Below are positions 32,053 through 34,745 of a DNA stretch of 34,745 nt, piece by piece. The stretch lies in IMG/VR virus record IMGVR_UViG_3300023210_000004. One strand, given 5' to 3'. Made by a program: the position numbers and the translations under genes. The notes below the pieces were generated by a model that was given only the letters and a program-made list of their open reading frames with translations, was not told the origin of the DNA and searched no databases. The first letter of the stretch is position 1. Every line of letters starts with the position of its first letter. The stretch comes from a virus.

Positions 32053-34745
32053 ATGGCTATTAAAACAGATACATTCACAGGCGGAGGCGGTGGCGGTGGC
32101 GGTGGTGCTGTCACTTCAGTCAATACGCAGACAGGCGCAGTCGTATTAAGCGGAAACGACCTTGTCGCAGATCATACCGCCGTCAACTATACCGCAGCAA
32201 ACGCTAATGTTGATGGTCACTTCTCAGGTATTGATACAAAGCTTGGCACGATTGCAAGCGGGTTAACATACAAGGGAGCGTTCAACGCAACAGCGGGGAC
32301 TCCATCGATTGCAAATGCTTTGCAAGGTGACCTTTATATCATCGACACAGCGGGGACAATCTATGGCCAAACATGGGCAATAGGTGACCATCTTTTAATT
32401 AATGCTGATATGGGCGGTTCAATCACTAATTCAAAGATTGATAAGATTGATAACACTGAACCAACTAATGTCTTAATCACTACTAACAACTTAAGTGATC
32501 TTGATAATGCTACGACAGCAAGAACAAACTTAGGCCTTGGCAATGTGGCCACGCTTGACACAGGTGTGGCCAACGGCAACGTAATCATTGCGGATGCCAC
32601 TGGTCTTCCTGTGATTGATGGTAGCCAATTGACAGGAATCACAGCGACTGACTCAACTAAGCTTGCCATTGCTAACAACTTGAGCGATCTAAACAACGCT
32701 ACGACAGCAAGAACAAACCTAGGTCTAGGCAATGTGGCGACACTCGACACAGGTGTGGCCAACGGCAACGTAATCATTGCGGATGCCACTGGTCTTCCTG
32801 TGATTGATGGTAGCCAATTGACAGGAATCACAGCGACTGACTCAACTAAGCTTGCCATTGCTAACAACTTAAGCGATCTAAACAACGCTACGACAGCGAG
32901 AACCAACTTAGGCCTTGGCAATGTGGCCACGCTGACCACAGGAGTGAGCAACGGCAATGTAATTGTAGCGGATGCAACTGGCCTTCCTGCTATCGATGGA
33001 AGTCAGCTCACAGGAATCACTTCGACTGATTCAACTAAGCTCGCTATCTTGAACAACTTAAGCGATCTAAACAACGCTACGACAGCGAGAACAAACTTAG
33101 GCCTTGGTAATGTCGCTACTCTTACAACTGGGGTTGCTAACGGTAACGTGATTGTAGCGGATGCAACTGGCCTTCCTGCTATCGATGGTTCACAGCTGAC
33201 AGGGATCACTTCGACCGACTCAACTAAGCTCGCCATCTTGAACAACTTAAGCGATCTAAATAATGCAGGCACAGCGAGAACAAACTTAGGCCTTGGCAAT
33301 GTCGCTACTCTTACGACAGGAGTGGCCAATGGCAACGTGATTGTAGCGGATGCAACGGGCCTTCCTGCCATCGATGGAAGTCAGCTCACAGGAATCACTT
33401 CGACTGATTCAACTAAGCTCGCTATCTTGAACAACTTAAGCGATCTAAACAACGCTACGACAGCGAGAACAAACTTAGGTTTAGGCAATGTGGCTACTCT
33501 TACGACAGGAGTGGCCAATGGCAACGTGATTGTAGCGGATGCAACGGGCCTTCCTGCTATCGATGGAAGTCAGCTCACAGGAATCACTTCGACCGACTCA
33601 ACTAAGCTCGCTATAGCTAACAACTTAAGCGACTTGAACAATGCAGTCACAGCGAGAACAAACTTAGGTTTAGGCAATGTGGCCACGCTGACCACAGGAG
33701 TGAGCAACGGTAACGTGATTGTAGCGGATGTAACGGGCTTGCCTGCCATCGATGGAAGTCAGCTCACAGGAATCACTTCGACTGACTCAACCAAGCTCGC
33801 CATCTTGAATAACTTGAGCGACCTGAATAATGCCACAACGTCAAGAACCAACTTAGGCCTTGGCAATGTGGCCACGCTGACCACAGGAGTGAGCAACGGC
33901 AATGTAATTGTAGCGGATGCAACTGGCCTTCCTGCTATCGATGGAAGTCAGCTCACAGGAATCACTTCGACCGACTCAACTAAGCTCGCTATAGCTAACA
34001 ACTTAAGCGACTTGAACAATGCAGTCACAGCGAGAACAAACTTAGGTTTAGGCAATGTGGCCACGCTGACCACAGGAGTGAGCAACGGTAACGTGATTGT
34101 AGCGGATGTAACGGGCTTGCCTGCCATCGATGGAAGTCAGCTCACAGGAATCACTTCGACTGACTCAACCAAGCTCGCCATCTTGAATAACTTGAGCGAC
34201 CTGAATAATGCCACAACGTCAAGAACCAACTTAGGCCTTGGCAATGTGGCCACGCTGACCACAGGAGTGAGCAACGGCAATGTAATTGTAGCGGATGCAA
34301 CTGGCCTTCCTGCTATCGATGGAAGTCAGCTCACAGGAATCACTTCGACCGACTCAACCAAGCTCGCCATCTTGAATAACTTGAGCGACCTGAATAATGC
34401 CACAACGTCAAGAACCAACTTAGGCCTTGGCAATGTGGCCACGCTGACCACAGGAGTGAGCAACGGCAATGTAATTGTAGCGGATGCAACTGGCCTTCCT
34501 GCTATCGATGGAAGTCAGCTCACAGGAATCACTTCGACCGACTCAACTAAGCTCGCTATAGCTAACAACTTAAGCGACTTGAACAATGCAGTCACAGCGA
34601 GAACAAACTTAGGCCTTGGCAATGTGGCCACGCTGACCACAGGAGTGAGCAACGGCAATGTAATTGTAGCGGATGCAACTGGCCTTCCTGCTATCGATGG
34701 AAGTCAGCTCACAGGAATCACTTCGACCGACTCAACTAAGCTCGC
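32053..34745 (+). CDS. Tail fibre protein, 5' part. The frame is open to the window end and continues at nt 1/137..785. The full length is about 1113 aa.
   Basis: AAGGAG lies 7 nt upstream of ATG 32053, and my manual translation found no stop through the N-terminal domain and the first repeats. The N-terminus reads MAIKTDTFTG9AVTSVNTQTGAVVLSGNDL... YKGAFNATAGTPS...GDLYII...GDHLLI, which are motifs common in phage fibres, followed by 63-aa repeats. It is absent from the ORF track only because it has no stop inside the window. Confidence 0.85.
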   Translation, partial: MAIKTDTFTGGGGGGGGGAVTSVNTQTGAVVLSGNDLVADHTAVNYTAANANVDGHFSGIDTKLGTIASGLTYKGAFNATAGTPSIANALQGDLYIIDTAGTIYGQTWAIGDHLLINADMGGSITNSKIDKIDNTEPTNVLITTNNLSDLDNATTARTNLGLGNVATLDTGVANGNVIIADATGLPVIDGSQLTGITATDSTKLAIANNLSDLNNATTARTNLGLGNVATLDTGVANGNVIIADATGLPVIDGSQLTGITATDSTKLAIANNLSDLNNATTARTNLGLGNVATLTTGVSNGNVIVADATGLPAIDGSQLTGITSTDSTKLAILNNLSDLNNATTARTNLGLGNVATLTTGVANGNVIVADATGLPAIDGSQLTGITSTDSTKLAILNNLSDLNNAGTARTNLGLGNVATLTTGVANGNVIVADATGLPAIDGSQLTGITSTDSTKLAILNNLSDLNNATTARTNLGLGNVATLTTGVANGNVIVADATGLPAIDGSQLTGITSTDSTKLAIANNLSDLNNAVTARTNLGLGNVATLTTGVSNGNVIVADVTGLPAIDGSQLTGITSTDSTKLAILNNLSDLNNATTSRTNLGLGNVATLTTGVSNGNVIVADATGLPAIDGSQLTGITSTDSTKLAIANNLSDLNNAVTARTNLGLGNVATLTTGVSNGNVIVADVTGLPAIDGSQLTGITSTDSTKLAILNNLSDLNNATTSRTNLGLGNVATLTTGVSNGNVIVADATGLPAIDGSQLTGITSTDSTKLAILNNLSDLNNATTSRTNLGLGNVATLTTGVSNGNVIVADATGLPAIDGSQLTGITSTDSTKLAIANNLSDLNNAVTARTNLGLGNVATLTTGVSNGNVIVADATGLPAIDGSQLTGITSTDSTKL
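32482..34745 (+). repeat. Tandem 189-bp coding repeat array (about 12 units here; it continues at 1..480)
   Basis: Unit boundaries lie at 32531, 32720, 32909, 33098, 33287, 33476, 33665, 33854, 34043, 34232, 34421 and 34610, all exactly 189 nt apart. Confidence 0.95.

Noticed and set aside
32361-33371. Long - strand ORFs (32361..32957 and 33003..33371, e.g. MAGRPVASATITLPLATPV...) antisense to the fibre repeats
   Set aside because: They are a by-product of the tandem array. One antisense frame of the 189-nt unit happens to lack stops, so it is open in every copy. There is no SD, and the sense frame has a proper start, SD, N-terminal and C-terminal domains and fibre motifs.
32482-34745. Regular 189-nt periodicity considered as a possible CRISPR array
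   Set aside because: There is no alternation of conserved repeats with unique spacers, because the whole unit is repeated. The array is in frame within a protein-coding gene, and no cas genes are present.
32053-34745. Diversity-generating retroelement or invertible shufflon acting on the fibre gene
   Set aside because: I recognised no reverse transcriptase and no recombinase/invertase ORF. There is no template/variable repeat pair with adenine-specific differences. The differences between units are mosaic blocks, which is typical of homologous exchange.
34610-34745. Terminal overlap interpreted as a genuine physical direct terminal repeat of the virion DNA
   Set aside because: The overlap lies wholly inside identical coding tandem repeats and ends exactly where two repeat units diverge. 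That pattern is what an assembler produces when closing a circle. True termini need read-start evidence.

Overview
The window reads as one complete tailed dsDNA phage genome, siphovirus-like, with about 34.4-34.6 kb of unique sequence, written in circularly permuted form. The last 136 nt, and equally the last 325 nt, are exact copies of the first 136 (325) nt. The join falls inside a tail-fibre gene. Coding density is very high and almost everything is on the + strand.

Gene order on the circle:
- Leftward early operon (5244->3175, - strand): an HTH regulator, a 183-aa protein, and a Red-beta/RecT-like annealing protein.
- Divergent control region (5245-5397).
- Rightward early/replication genes: an initiator with an internal iteron origin, a DnaC-like loader, an RHH protein, an SSB-like protein, a 659-aa GHKL (MutL/MORC-like) ATPase, and a small ORF.
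- Terminase small and large subunits.
- thyX plus a dCMP deaminase.
- A 266-bp non-coding gap.
- Head module: portal, Mu-I-like protease/scaffold, decoration protein, major capsid protein, Mu-F-like protein.
- Neck genes, major tail protein and the G/GT chaperone pair.
- A 771-aa tape measure protein, four tail-tip proteins, a CHAP peptidoglycan hydrolase and a holin-like protein.
- A roughly 1113-aa tail fibre that wraps the window ends.
- Three small beta-rich proteins and three small membrane proteins.

No integrase, tRNA, CRISPR array or reverse transcriptase was recognised.

Most notable observations:
1. The tail-fibre gene contains about 13-14 in-frame tandem copies of a 189-bp (63-aa) unit with mosaic and partly identical copies.
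2. An unannotated -1 programmed frameshift (G GGA AAA) joins the tail chaperone to a 141-codon open frame that fills the apparent gap before the tape measure gene.
3. A lambda-ori-like set of six palindromic iterons plus an AT-rich block lies inside the initiator gene.
4. A perfect 32-nt sequence is shared in inverted orientation by the leaders of the annealing-protein gene and the GHKL ATPase gene. It belongs to a wider AAGGRRAACTGACATG initiation-region family restricted to early genes.
5. The GHKL ATPase itself has no obvious role in a phage replication module.

All functional calls rest on motifs I can read in the translations, plus synteny. No database search was possible.
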